A stretch of 64,000 bases of DNA from Infirmifilum sp. (GTDB taxonomy: Archaea > Thermoproteota > Thermoprotei > Thermofilales > Thermofilaceae). The DNA lies in NCBI GenBank assembly GCA_041287245.1, contig JBEULP010000117.1:289867-353866 (forward strand). Direction: 5' to 3'. How positions within the stretch are numbered: position 1 is the first letter of the stretch; each line of letters opens with the position of its first letter. Below are positions 38,327 to 48,390 of the stretch, in pieces. The notes beneath the pieces are model-generated. The model was not told the DNA's origin. It saw only the letters and a program-made list of their open reading frames with translations, and ran no database searches. The position numbers and the translations under genes were made by a program.

Positions 38327-40420
38327 TTAAGCTCTTTTCCTAGACCTTCTGAAGGCTAAGACCCCTAAGAGTAGAACAGCTACTGCAAGTAATATTCCGA
38401 GGAGAATAACCACTGGGGACAGCCCTCCCTGTGCTCCCGTCGGCGCCTGTCCAGTTTGTGGTGTTGGCTGAGAAGGCTGCTGCGGCTGAGTTATGTTTGT
38501 AGGCTGTTGCGGTTGCTGTGGCTGTGAGGGTTGGGTTGTCTGCGTCGGCTGTTGTGCTGAGACTAGGGTATACTCTGTTGTTGATTCGCGTCCGGCGAAA
38601 TCCACCGCTTTTACTATCAGCTTCACGTCTCCCGTGGTTGAGGGTATTTTTTCAACGAGCTTATACGTGATTTTGGTCAGTGGGTCAAGGATTGTCCCTG
38701 GGGCGTAGAACTGCGGTGTTAGAGGGACCTCCGTGCCCCCCGCTATTAGTTTCGCACTAATGCTCGCTATGCCCCACGAGTCATCTGCTACATCTACGTA
38801 GGCTTGGAACGTACCGCCTGGCGTGGGCTTGGCAGGGATAACCATTTTTACGGTGGCTGTGGGCGGGTTGTTGTCAGGAGCATTATACAGGGCTACCACC
38901 ATTTTTCCCTGCGGTGGAAGCTTCATCCTAACAGCCAAGAAGAGTTTTCCGCCAATCGAGAGCTTGTCTACAATGTTGAACTCTGCCCCTCCCTCGGAGC
39001 TGAGGACCTTGTAGGCGAAATCCCCGCTCCACGGTAGACACCATATAACAGTGTTGTTTAGGTTTAGATAGCTCAGCTTGTTCTCCATTTTTAGGACATA
39101 GGCGTGGGGCCACTGGTAGAGAGCCATGGGTGTGAATGTCTGGTTGGCTGCGCCGAGGTTGTTGAGAGGCGGGTATATTCCAACCGGGATGGAGTTTTCG
39201 GCGAGCTTTTTATTGTCCGGGGCAAAGCCTATGAATGTGGGCGGCTTTACCGGGAAGTCTAGTTGACCCGTCTTAAGGTTTAGCAGATAAAAATCTAAGC
39301 CGTCGTATATGGCGGAACCCATGCCGAGCGTTGTGATCGTGAGGAAGTAAGTTGTCTTGCCGGTTCTAGTGCTCGTGTACTTTACGAAGAGGTCCCGGTG
39401 GACGTGGCCCGACAAGACATAGTTCACTCCGTATTGTTCGACGAGCCTCAAGAAGTACCGAGTGACGTTCATGTTGCCGCTCCAAGAGGAGTATATGGGA
39501 GAGTTGGGGTTCTTTTGAGGGTCATAGGGGGTTATGACATTCTGGTCGTCGTAGGTTGTCTTCAGCTCGCCTTGGTAGTAGAACACAGGGTGGTGTACAA
39601 GTATAACCTTGATTGGTACCTGGCTATACTGTTTCAAGATACCTTCAGCCCACTGGAGCTGCTCCATCGGGGGATACCCCTGCTCAAGGGAGTAGAGCCC
39701 AATGATAAGGAGACGGTCTCCAATCAGCCTGAACCAGGTGGTGCTTCCATAATATTTGTTCCAGGCGTCCGGCGGGGTATCGTGGTTGCCGGGAATGGCG
39801 AGTATAGGGTAGCTGTAGAGGAAGGCCGACTCGTAGGCGTATGCCCAACGGTACTGTTGCTCGCTTGCTGTATCGGCCACGTCGCCCGTATCAATTATGA
39901 GGTCGGGGTTAAGGAGTGTCGACACGATGTAGCCAGCCACCCTGTTCATATCCCCTGTAATCACGTCGGGCTGTCCAGCGCCGTAGTGCTGGTCGCTAAT
40001 ATGGATGATCTTCAACGATTCTTTAGATTGATCAAAAACCCAGACGCTCCTGGGTATCTCGACCTCAGACTGGCCCTGTAGCACCAGGTCGTAGAGTCCG
40101 GGCTTGACGCTTGTCGGTAGGGAGACTGACACGGAGCCTGCGGAGTAAGAGACTGCTACCGTGTAGTTCAAGACTGCGAGCTTCTCCCCGTTGAGCACGA
40201 CTGTCCATATATACCCGCTTTTAGGCTGGTCTTGGATTCCAGTTAGCTTAAACGTGAAACTGCCCCCAGGTGTTGTGATTGCAGGTTTTCCCATGCCTAT
40301 ATCGGGGGAGTAGGAGACTGAGACAGCTGAGGTGATACCGGGTAGGCTAGGCTGCGCAACAGAAATGATCGAGTAGAAGACTATGACAAGCGTTATGCTA
40401 AAACCAAGTTTTTGCTTCAT
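38327..40420 (-). CDS. Membrane-anchored extracellular metallophosphoesterase (calcineurin-like)
   Basis: HISDQH, TGDVAD, PGNHD, HH, SGHVH; signal peptide, Q/P/T linker, C-terminal TM. Confidence 0.9.
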   Translation of the reverse strand: MKQKLGFSITLVIVFYSIISVAQPSLPGITSAVSVSYSPDIGMGKPAITTPGGSFTFKLTGIQDQPKSGYIWTVVLNGEKLAVLNYTVAVSYSAGSVSVSLPTSVKPGLYDLVLQGQSEVEIPRSVWVFDQSKESLKIIHISDQHYGAGQPDVITGDMNRVAGYIVSTLLNPDLIIDTGDVADTASEQQYRWAYAYESAFLYSYPILAIPGNHDTPPDAWNKYYGSTTWFRLIGDRLLIIGLYSLEQGYPPMEQLQWAEGILKQYSQVPIKVILVHHPVFYYQGELKTTYDDQNVITPYDPQKNPNSPIYSSWSGNMNVTRYFLRLVEQYGVNYVLSGHVHRDLFVKYTSTRTGKTTYFLTITTLGMGSAIYDGLDFYLLNLKTGQLDFPVKPPTFIGFAPDNKKLAENSIPVGIYPPLNNLGAANQTFTPMALYQWPHAYVLKMENKLSYLNLNNTVIWCLPWSGDFAYKVLSSEGGAEFNIVDKLSIGGKLFLAVRMKLPPQGKMVVALYNAPDNNPPTATVKMVIPAKPTPGGTFQAYVDVADDSWGIASISAKLIAGGTEVPLTPQFYAPGTILDPLTKITYKLVEKIPSTTGDVKLIVKAVDFAGRESTTEYTLVSAQQPTQTTQPSQPQQPQQPTNITQPQQPSQPTPQTGQAPTGAQGGLSPVVILLGILLAVAVLLLGVLAFRRSRKRA

Positions 40421-40524
40421 CGTGAGAAATGGGGGTGGAGCTCTTTATATTGTTTGTGTGTACAATTTTTCCCGCTGGGTATTTTTCGCAGGATTCTGTC
40501 CGGGCATGAAGATTGCTTAGGAGG

Positions 40525-42384
40525 CTAGAGCTTGATCTTTTCCCATGGGAGCTCTACCTTGTCAAGCCTTTCATGGCTTATTGTTTTAGCCAGCTCTCGG
40601 ACATAATCAGGGAGGAGAGACATGTACTGCTGATACCTGTAGTCTCCCAGGATTATGACAGCCTGGTCTTTAGGGCCTCTCAGCGCCCGTCCAATGGCTT
40701 GGGAGGCTTTTCTGATAGCAGGGTAGATGTAAGCGTAGAGGCGACCCTTCTCCTCGCCGTATAACCTCTGATAATATTCAATGTACAACCTGGTCTTAGT
40801 GGTAGGCTTTTCGAAGGGTATTCCAACAAGGAACACGCACATAAGCTCCTTCCCAGGGTAATCCGCGCCTTCTGAGAAGCGTCCACCCATTGGAGCTAGA
40901 AGTAGCCCCCTTCCAGACTCCGCCAGGGACTTAAACTTCTGAAGTGTCTCAGCAGCCTCCACTCCACTCATCTCCCTCTTCTCCTGGAAAACCTCGTAGC
41001 CCAGCGCTTGGGCCGCCTCGATCAAGCCGGTGGAAATGAGCCTTGATTGGACGCGATAGCTAGCAGTAAATACAGCCGTATTCCTTCTCACCCGCTTAAT
41101 CGTCTTAAGGATGGCTTCAACGTACCTCCTCGCCATGTCTTCCCCTAGCTCTTCGCCTCGAGTGGTAAGATCCTCAACAAGGTAGACCGAAGCGTTTGTC
41201 TCGTCGTACGGGCTGGGCACGCTTATCGCGTAGTAGTCAGCTAACCCTATTGTCTCCGCAAAAGCCTCTACAGGTGTAAGCGTGCCGGACATGAATATGA
41301 CCCTCTTAAAAGACCTCCATACCCGCGAGAGGATTTCGCCGGCCCTCATATCCCAAATGTTGAGATAGAGCCTCCCGTTTAGACGTTCAACGATCAAAGC
41401 GACACCCTCAACCCCCTGGACATCCACAGCGCTTTTGAAGAAAGTCGCGAAGTGGAAGAGGCTAGACTGGGGCCTTTTCCCCTCTCGGAAGCGCGCCTCT
41501 CTTATCTGGTCTCCAAGTTGAAGCGCCTTTTCAAGCTTCTCCATAAAACCCGACGGGAGGATTTCAAAAGGGTTAAATAGCTCGCTCTCCTCGTCCCCGA
41601 GCCCCGAATACCTCTCGATAACTTTTTCGTGAACACTTCCTACAAATTCAGCTGTTTCCTCATCCCCCATTCCCAGCGCTTCGCTGTACGCGCGCTCCAA
41701 GGTCCCCTCCGTTATGGTGTCGCCTCCCAGGTTGAGGCTCTGCAGGTTATGCGCCTCGTCTACGACTAGGATAGACTCCTTAAAGGGAAAAACAGTCTTT
41801 ATACTCCAGCTTAAACCCTCATCCACGACATAGTTGTAACTCAGGGACACCACATCTGCGAGTCTCAAAAGCTCTCTTTGTAGAAAGTAAGGACAGATTC
41901 CTAGGCCCGAGGCAGTCTCGTAGACCTCCCTATAAGTCATAGCACCTTTATCGACGAATCCCTGTAGATCGACCCCCTCTCTCAACTTCTTGTAGAAAGG
42001 ACACCTGTTCCTCTCGCGGCTACAAATGTATGAAACCTCCGTATAATCCAGTGCCTCGCCGAACCTCCGCGCAAGCAGACACATGTCCTTCTTGCCCCGC
42101 AGGCTAAGCGCTACCACCTTGACGCCGGACTTCTCCCTGAAAACCTTAAACTCCTCTACAGGCCTGTCCGTCTCACTTCCCGTTCTCACTGCCCAGACCA
42201 CACGCCACCCTTTCTCGATGAAAGGTAAGAGAGCATGGATAATAACAGGGGTTTTGCCGAAGCCCGTGGGGGCTTCTAAAATCACGTTCTTCTTCTTTAC
42301 CTGCTCAGCAATTGTTCTCGCAGTCTCAAGCTGGTGTCTCCTGGGCTTATAGGGGAAACGAGACGACATTACATCAACCTTCAC
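40525..42384 (-). CDS. xpd: XPD/Rad3-family Fe-S DNA helicase
   Basis: APTGFGKT, Fe-S Cys cluster ending CPYF, DEAH, SEGADY, QAIGRALR. Confidence 0.88.
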   Translation of the reverse strand: MKVDVMSSRFPYKPRRHQLETARTIAEQVKKKNVILEAPTGFGKTPVIIHALLPFIEKGWRVVWAVRTGSETDRPVEEFKVFREKSGVKVVALSLRGKKDMCLLARRFGEALDYTEVSYICSRERNRCPFYKKLREGVDLQGFVDKGAMTYREVYETASGLGICPYFLQRELLRLADVVSLSYNYVVDEGLSWSIKTVFPFKESILVVDEAHNLQSLNLGGDTITEGTLERAYSEALGMGDEETAEFVGSVHEKVIERYSGLGDEESELFNPFEILPSGFMEKLEKALQLGDQIREARFREGKRPQSSLFHFATFFKSAVDVQGVEGVALIVERLNGRLYLNIWDMRAGEILSRVWRSFKRVIFMSGTLTPVEAFAETIGLADYYAISVPSPYDETNASVYLVEDLTTRGEELGEDMARRYVEAILKTIKRVRRNTAVFTASYRVQSRLISTGLIEAAQALGYEVFQEKREMSGVEAAETLQKFKSLAESGRGLLLAPMGGRFSEGADYPGKELMCVFLVGIPFEKPTTKTRLYIEYYQRLYGEEKGRLYAYIYPAIRKASQAIGRALRGPKDQAVIILGDYRYQQYMSLLPDYVRELAKTISHERLDKVELPWEKIKL

Positions 42385-42438
42385 GGAAACATGTGGAATG
42401 ACTAAAGCTTATCGCTCGCGTTGAGGCGCACGGGAAAT

Positions 42439-43293
42439 CTAATATCCCGCCAACCGGCCTGTCTTTTTCAGCCTTCTCTCAATCGCGTACAGGAGCACTA
42501 TTCCAATGAAGTCGAGGAGCAGTGTGGAGGCGATAAGGATAGCCCACTCCGCCTCCACGGGGATTATCGTCTGGGCTCTCAGGGCGTGGAACCTTAGTAG
42601 CTCCGCGATGTAGGTGAAGGGTATAAGGAGGGAAACTAGCTGGATATCTCGGGGAAGGCTTGTTACGGGATAAAATATGCCGCCCAGCCCTAGAATTATA
42701 AACTGTAGGATATTGTTTAGAGGTCCCACGTTTTTGAAGCGTAAAACAAGGGCTCCATAGATTAAGCCGAACCCCATTGAGGTGAACAATCCCGTTAGAA
42801 GAACAAGGATTACGTGTAAGGGGTCATAGAGGATAATTTCCGTGTTGAACATCAGGGTAAAGAAGAGGTACGTGTAGATCAGGGTAAGTGAGAGGCTAAC
42901 GATACGGGGTATTATGTTTCTGGAGAATATTACTGCCCGGTTAGCGTTTGTAAGGAGGAGAAACTCAAGGGTGCCGGTTTGTTGTTCTCGACGTATAGCC
43001 ATCCCGAAACTCCACAAGCCAGAGGAAACCACGTCCCAGAGTATCATTGCCCAGAAGAAGGAGTTTAACAGGAAAGTGTTGTTCCACTGGCTCCTGGGAA
43101 GAAACATCAAAACAGGGAATAAAAAGAGTATTAGCCAGGCTGGGGTCGTTATTATGTCGGACAAGATCCAGGCTGGATATCTAAAGTAGAGCTTCAATGA
43201 AGCTCTCGAGACCCATGAGAGCTCTACAGCTAACGCCCTTAAGCCCCCTACGAACCTAGTATTTCGAAAGTTCTCCTTTTCTCCTAGCTTCAT
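42439..43293 (-). CDS. ABC-2 permease
   Basis: RREQQTGTLEFL, GIFYPV, PFTY; start approximate. Confidence 0.88.
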   Translation of the reverse strand: MKLGEKENFRNTRFVGGLRALAVELSWVSRASLKLYFRYPAWILSDIITTPAWLILFLFPVLMFLPRSQWNNTFLLNSFFWAMILWDVVSSGLWSFGMAIRREQQTGTLEFLLLTNANRAVIFSRNIIPRIVSLSLTLIYTYLFFTLMFNTEIILYDPLHVILVLLTGLFTSMGFGLIYGALVLRFKNVGPLNNILQFIILGLGGIFYPVTSLPRDIQLVSLLIPFTYIAELLRFHALRAQTIIPVEAEWAILIASTLLLDFIGIVLLYAIERRLKKTGRLAGY

Positions 43294-44104
43294 TCTCCCA
43301 CCTTCCATAAAATATTCTTCCAAGGGACAGGTAGGTGATGCCGAGAAACGCCATAACTAATATTTTTTCCTGTATGGTTAGTGTAGAGACGTTCCCCTGC
43401 ACGATACTCCTGAGGATCTCGGTAGCGTGTGAAGTCGGAAGGAAGTGGGATATGCTTTGAACAACAGCTGGAAATACCTCTATGGGGTAGTAGAACCCTG
43501 AGAGCATGGCGATAAAGGCGTTTAAAGTGCTGGATACAGCCCAAACCTCTTTAAAGCGTACTGTTAGGGCTGCTACAACAAGGCCTATCCCTGCCAAAGG
43601 AAGTAAACCTAGAAGTATTACCACGGACGCTACGATCCAGTCCAGGGGCTTCAGGAGAGAGCTTTGAAGTGATATTACAACTGTCATATCAACTGCGAAG
43701 ACGACCAGCATAAGGATGGATTGCGCAAATGCATGCAGCAGCCAGATAAGCACAGTGTTATTAGGGGTCAGGTAGTGAAGTTCAAACGTTCCTATAAGTT
43801 GTTCCTCCCGTATCACACTAGACGTATTCTCTACAATAATCATACTGGAGATCATAAGAACACCCCCCAGTGTTAAGTAGAGGAGGGGGTTGTGAACACC
43901 CGTGTTTGAGGCAAAGTTTGAGGCGGCTGAAGCACCTGCAACGGCATAACCAATCCCCACAAAGAGACCAGACATCATAAAGGGCATAGCGATTACCATG
44001 AATAGGCTCCCTATGTATCGGGTTATCAGCTTCGCCTCTTTCACTGTAATGCTCCACCACAAGAGTAGAATAGGGGATTTAGTCTTCACCGCCAAGGCGC
44101 TCAC
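43256..44104 (-). CDS. ABC-2 permease
   Basis: REEQLIGTFE, SGFYYPI, LPTSH. Confidence 0.88.
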   Translation of the reverse strand: MSALAVKTKSPILLLWWSITVKEAKLITRYIGSLFMVIAMPFMMSGLFVGIGYAVAGASAASNFASNTGVHNPLLYLTLGGVLMISSMIIVENTSSVIREEQLIGTFELHYLTPNNTVLIWLLHAFAQSILMLVVFAVDMTVVISLQSSLLKPLDWIVASVVILLGLLPLAGIGLVVAALTVRFKEVWAVSSTLNAFIAMLSGFYYPIEVFPAVVQSISHFLPTSHATEILRSIVQGNVSTLTIQEKILVMAFLGITYLSLGRIFYGRWENEARRKGELSKY

Positions 44105-45083
44105 CCGTGTAGTAGACGAATACGTCTTCTAGCGACGGCTCGACGGTTCTGACGGATAGAATCTTAACATTCATCTGTAATAAGAAGCTCAGAACATCTT
44201 TAAGAGAGTCTTCTTCAGAGAAAATCACCTTAATGTTAGCCCTGCCGGCAACTGGGTCGATTAGCTGTGACGCAAAGCTTTGCACTCCCCTAACCGCTCT
44301 TATTTTATCCAGCATCCCATCACTAATAAGTCCAAGGACCTCAACCTCAACAATGGTGTGCTCGGCGATACTTTTCTTAAGATCGGATGGACGCCCTATC
44401 GTGATAATCCTACCTTTGTCGATTATAGCTACTCTATCAGACAACAAGTCTGCCTCGAACATATTGTGCGTCGTAAGCAGCAATGTTTTTCCACTCTTCT
44501 TCAGTTGTATGATGACCTCCCGCACCTTCCTAGCAGAGTTCGGGTCTAAGCCAATCGTAGGCTCATCTAGGAATAGAATCGGAGGGTCGTGCAATAAAGC
44601 CCTAGCTATATTGAGCTTAGACTTCATCCCAGTGCTATACTCCTCCACAAGCCTGTCAGCATCCTCCTCCAAGCCGAGCAGCGCTAAAAGCTCGTCAACC
44701 CGATCCCGAGCCCACCCCGGCTCTAAATGGTACAGGCTTGCAAAGTATAAGAGGTTCTCGCGCCCGCTTAGCTTGAAATAAAAACCCCTATCACTGTAAA
44801 GGCTCACACCAATATTCTCCCGGACCTTCCCGGCCTCCCTTACTATGTGATAACCGTTTACCCAGGCTTCCCCCGAATCTGGAAGAAGTAGCGTGCTCAG
44901 AATCTTTATAGTGGTTGTCTTTCCCGCTCCGTTGGGACCTAAAAGCCCAAATATTTCACCTGGGCTTATAGTGAAGGTAACGCCTTTAACTGCCTCTACA
45001 ACCTTCTTTCTCCCTCTGAATAAGGCAGAGCCTTCGCGGGTAACGAATGTCTTGGAGAGGTTTTCTGCTTGAACAGCATACAA
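44079..45083 (-). CDS. ABC-2 exporter ATPase (DrrA-like)
   Basis: GPNGAGKTT, YSTGMK, DEPTIGLD, PSLEDVF. Confidence 0.92.
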   Translation of the reverse strand: MYAVQAENLSKTFVTREGSALFRGRKKVVEAVKGVTFTISPGEIFGLLGPNGAGKTTTIKILSTLLLPDSGEAWVNGYHIVREAGKVRENIGVSLYSDRGFYFKLSGRENLLYFASLYHLEPGWARDRVDELLALLGLEEDADRLVEEYSTGMKSKLNIARALLHDPPILFLDEPTIGLDPNSARKVREVIIQLKKSGKTLLLTTHNMFEADLLSDRVAIIDKGRIITIGRPSDLKKSIAEHTIVEVEVLGLISDGMLDKIRAVRGVQSFASQLIDPVAGRANIKVIFSEEDSLKDVLSFLLQMNVKILSVRTVEPSLEDVFVYYTGERLGGED

Positions 45084-45139
45084 GACCGATCACCGAACCC
45101 TACGAGTAGCTAATACGTGAATGTTTTTAAATGTATATT

Positions 45140-45158
45140 AGTATCGGTTATCGATACT
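45140..45158. promoter_or_regulatory. Palindromic operator AGTATCG-N5-CGATACT
   Basis: Perfect 7-bp inverted repeat between TATA (TTTTTAAA, 45124) and the padR ATG. Confidence 0.7.
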
Positions 45159-45159
45159 C

Positions 45160-45585
45160 ATGCACGCATATATGGCGAGATTCGCTCGAAACCCCCTAAG
45201 GCTACTTGTCATGACTTTACTCAGGAACAGACCAATGAGCGGAATAGAGATTATAAACCAGGTTGAAACCCTAACAGGTGGCCTCTGGAGGCCATCTCCC
45301 GGGGCGGTATACCCTCTTCTACACGAGCTGGAAAGGAACGGCCTCGTAAAACATACTGAGGTGAACGGGCAGAAGGTGTACAGTCTAACGGAGAAGGGTT
45401 TGGTTGAAGTAGAGGAGTGCGGTCTTGGGATTAAACCAGCATCGATCGAGGATATTGTCAAGGTGATTGAGGGTTATGTCGAGTTCTTGAAGGACTATAC
45501 TTCTATCCGCAAGTTAACGGCTGATGAAAAGGCTATGCTGTCTAAAATTGTTGAGGAACTTGAAAAACTCATCTCAAATACATAA
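45160..45585 (+). CDS. PadR-family transcriptional regulator
   Basis: PMSGIEI, WRPSPGAVYPLL, YSLTEKG. Confidence 0.92.
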   Translation: MHAYMARFARNPLRLLVMTLLRNRPMSGIEIINQVETLTGGLWRPSPGAVYPLLHELERNGLVKHTEVNGQKVYSLTEKGLVEVEECGLGIKPASIEDIVKVIEGYVEFLKDYTSIRKLTADEKAMLSKIVEELEKLISNT

Positions 45586-45607
45586 AGCTTTTAAATGCAA
45601 TAAGGTT

Positions 45608-45624
45608 GTATCGATGACCGATAT
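45608..45624. promoter_or_regulatory. Second operator copy GTATCG-N5-CGATAT
   Basis: Between TATA (TTTTAAAT, 45589) and ATG 45623; core matches the first copy 14/15 in reverse orientation. Confidence 0.7.
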
Positions 45625-47203
45625 GAGGATGAAACTGGCTTTAACACCCGTCTTGGTAGCACTAATATTCGTAGTGCTAGGCACTGCTTTTTCAGCCCCG
45701 CCAACAATACCTGTCCAAGCGTCGACTAAAACAGGAAACACGTTTATTTTCACAGTTGAAAGCTTAACAGTCTCAGGCTCAACGGGTACAACGAAGACTG
45801 TAACAGTAGTTGTCTCCTACTACGGCAAGTATACGCTTCTCGGATCAAGCATCTCCCTGACCACAGGATGTAATGCGACGGTTCTGTCAGACCAGCCAGT
45901 GCTACTAGGTTCTTGGCGTCCCGGGACAGTAAAAACCGCTACCTTCACGGTCGACGGCTCTAATGCCTCGAACCTATGCCCGATTAGCGTTCTCATAACC
46001 TGGCAGGATAGCTGGGATGACGCTACAAGCATGAACACAGGGATGGGAGGTTCAGTGCCTATATCAACACAGCTGAACGCTTGCTGGTCAGAAGACCTAC
46101 GCGTCAGCATTAAGCCTCAAATGATATACTTGAATAGTGTGAACAGTGCTGTTCTCGAGGTAAAGAACAACGGCGCGGGGACGCTGGAGAAGGTCTCCCT
46201 CTCGATAAGCGGGCAGGGGTTAACACTGCTTAATGTGACTGTCCCCCTAATCTACACTTTAGAGAAGATGCCCAGTGGGTACAAAATATCAATACCGCTT
46301 CAGCTGGTCGCCCAGTCAAGTTTCCCCTCGCTACAGGTAACCGCAACCTACGTTGACTGTACAGGTAACGCGAAGACAATAATGTTCACAGTCCCACTCT
46401 ATGCAAGTCAGGGTCAAAGCATACTGGTTGTCCCAGACCCTTCTAGCGTTATTGCCGGGACGAGGAGCAATGTAACTTTAAAGGTGATAAACATGGGGAG
46501 CATAAGCGTCAACAGTGTCCAGGTTATCCTAAACCTCCAGGCTAGCCCCATCGCGATATCACCTGCAACTCTTAGCTTGGACACATTAAAACCCGGAGAG
46601 ACGAAATCCTTCACGGTCAAGGTAGACGTACCCAGCACCGCGTCTACAAGCACCCCGGTGACATACCAGGTCGTATACACCGCGCCTGGAAGCGGAGTAG
46701 CGCTAACCCAGGGGTCGTTCACCCTGTTCATATTGCAGCGTTCATCTCTCTCCATAACCTCTATCGAAGTAGTCCCGCAGCAGGTTGAGGTTGGCTCAAA
46801 CGTCGTTTTCGCCTTGGCGCTGATAAACGACGGCACTTACCCCGTCTACGCTGTGAATGTTTCAGCGCAGCCCTCTGACGGTCTAGTCTCATCCAGATCC
46901 CTCTACACGTATCTGGGCCAGCTTAACCCCCAAGCTCTCACGAGCGTCCCATTCTCCTTCAAAGCGGTTAAAGAGGGAACCTATGAAGTTAAATTCACCG
47001 TAACCTATGTCGACGCCTACGGGAAGCGTGGAGTCGTTGAGAGAGGGGCTGTTGTCAAAGTAGTCCCAGCATCTAACTCTAACACTGCCTCAAGCCCTAG
47101 AAATAGCTACGGTCTAGCACTGCTGGCTGCCGCGATAACTATAGCGGCTGTCGCCGTCGGGTATCTTTACAGGAGGCTTAGAGGAAAAGGTGCTGTGAAT
47201 TGA
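45623..47203 (+). CDS. COG1361-type S-layer-like Ig-repeat surface protein with C-terminal TM
   Basis: Signal peptide; repeated LG.L.PG / TYVD motifs; TM + RRLRGK. Confidence 0.85.
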   Translation: MRMKLALTPVLVALIFVVLGTAFSAPPTIPVQASTKTGNTFIFTVESLTVSGSTGTTKTVTVVVSYYGKYTLLGSSISLTTGCNATVLSDQPVLLGSWRPGTVKTATFTVDGSNASNLCPISVLITWQDSWDDATSMNTGMGGSVPISTQLNACWSEDLRVSIKPQMIYLNSVNSAVLEVKNNGAGTLEKVSLSISGQGLTLLNVTVPLIYTLEKMPSGYKISIPLQLVAQSSFPSLQVTATYVDCTGNAKTIMFTVPLYASQGQSILVVPDPSSVIAGTRSNVTLKVINMGSISVNSVQVILNLQASPIAISPATLSLDTLKPGETKSFTVKVDVPSTASTSTPVTYQVVYTAPGSGVALTQGSFTLFILQRSSLSITSIEVVPQQVEVGSNVVFALALINDGTYPVYAVNVSAQPSDGLVSSRSLYTYLGQLNPQALTSVPFSFKAVKEGTYEVKFTVTYVDAYGKRGVVERGAVVKVVPASNSNTASSPRNSYGLALLAAAITIAAVAVGYLYRRLRGKGAVN

Positions 47204-48390
47204 ACCCCTCAGACTACGTCTACCTCGCCTTCACAAGTATTAAAGAAAAGAGAGGGAGGGCTCTCGGAGCAATAATTGGCGTGTTGATAGCCGTCCTCGC
47301 CCTAAGCCTCGCGCTAGGTATAGGCGAGAGCTTTCAGAAGAGCTTTGTAGAACAGCTACAGAGAACAATTGCGGCAAACAGCATCATCGTCACAGGCTCT
47401 TATACGGGTGGATATACAGATGCAGATATCGCCTATTTTAAGCGGGTGCCAGGAGTGAAGGACGCCTTTGGTATAGTAATGATACCCGGCTCTATTATAA
47501 CATCAGGCGGCCTTCAAAGCGTAACTATCGTAGCTATAGACCCTCAGCATCTACCTGATTTCCTGGGTGTATCTGATATGAAGCAGGTGGTCGCGGAGGG
47601 CTCTACTGCTCCCAGCGGCCTTGGAGTCCTAGTCTCCTACAACGTCTGGAGCGACCCGAACACAGGCCAGAAAAACCTTGATGTCGGCTCACCCATCGTC
47701 GTGAACGTCAGGTCTAAGAACATCCAGCTGGTAGTGACGGGGCTCATGCTTCAGACTTCAAGCACGATGGGAGGGTCAATAGGCCACACGGGAAGCAGCG
47801 CTTACATCTATATTGACCCGGCTACTTACTTCGCCTACATCTCCAACACGCGGAGCTACGCAGCTGTTATAGTCCTTGTCTCCGACTTGTCAAGACTGGA
47901 TCAGATAACAAACGACATTAAGGCTGTAGCCCCTCCTGGGTCCAGCATTATCTCAGCGGCGGCTATGGTAAGACAGTTTACAGCGCTGGTCGGGGCTCTC
48001 GAGATGTTCATAGGCTTAATCTCGGCTGTAGGCATGGCTATAACTGCACTTTGGATTTTCGACAGCACGACAATAAGCGTCGTACAGCGTACGAAGGAGA
48101 TTGGCATATTGAAAGCTCTAGGTTACACAAGCATAGACGTCCTACTCATCTTCCTCCTCGAAGCAGTAATTGTATCCGTCATAGGAATAGTTGTAGGCCT
48201 GGCTCTAGCAGCACTCTTATCTCTCTTCATAAAGATACCGATGTTCACCTTCCAGCTTGGCCTCACCCTAGCCCCAAACGTCATATTGTTCTCTTCCCTC
48301 CTCCCCCTAGCCATGAACGCTCTAGCAGCATACATTCCGTCCAGGAGAGGAGCTTCCTTAAACCCTGTCGAGGCGTTACGGTATGAGTGA
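47200..48390 (+). CDS. MacB/FtsX-family ABC permease
   Basis: RTKEIGILKALG, LNPVEALRYE. Confidence 0.92.
   Translation: MNPSDYVYLAFTSIKEKRGRALGAIIGVLIAVLALSLALGIGESFQKSFVEQLQRTIAANSIIVTGSYTGGYTDADIAYFKRVPGVKDAFGIVMIPGSIITSGGLQSVTIVAIDPQHLPDFLGVSDMKQVVAEGSTAPSGLGVLVSYNVWSDPNTGQKNLDVGSPIVVNVRSKNIQLVVTGLMLQTSSTMGGSIGHTGSSAYIYIDPATYFAYISNTRSYAAVIVLVSDLSRLDQITNDIKAVAPPGSSIISAAAMVRQFTALVGALEMFIGLISAVGMAITALWIFDSTTISVVQRTKEIGILKALGYTSIDVLLIFLLEAVIVSVIGIVVGLALAALLSLFIKIPMFTFQLGLTLAPNVILFSSLLPLAMNALAAYIPSRRGASLNPVEALRYE

Noticed and set aside
36830..38560. P/T/Q-rich low-complexity tracts as DNA repeats
   Set aside because: Ordinary glycosylated linkers of surface proteins
39398..40081. Long antisense ORFs (also 17444-18115, 19168-19752, 44233-44781, 3725-4192)
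   Set aside because: Shadows of well-supported genes on the opposite strand; no motifs
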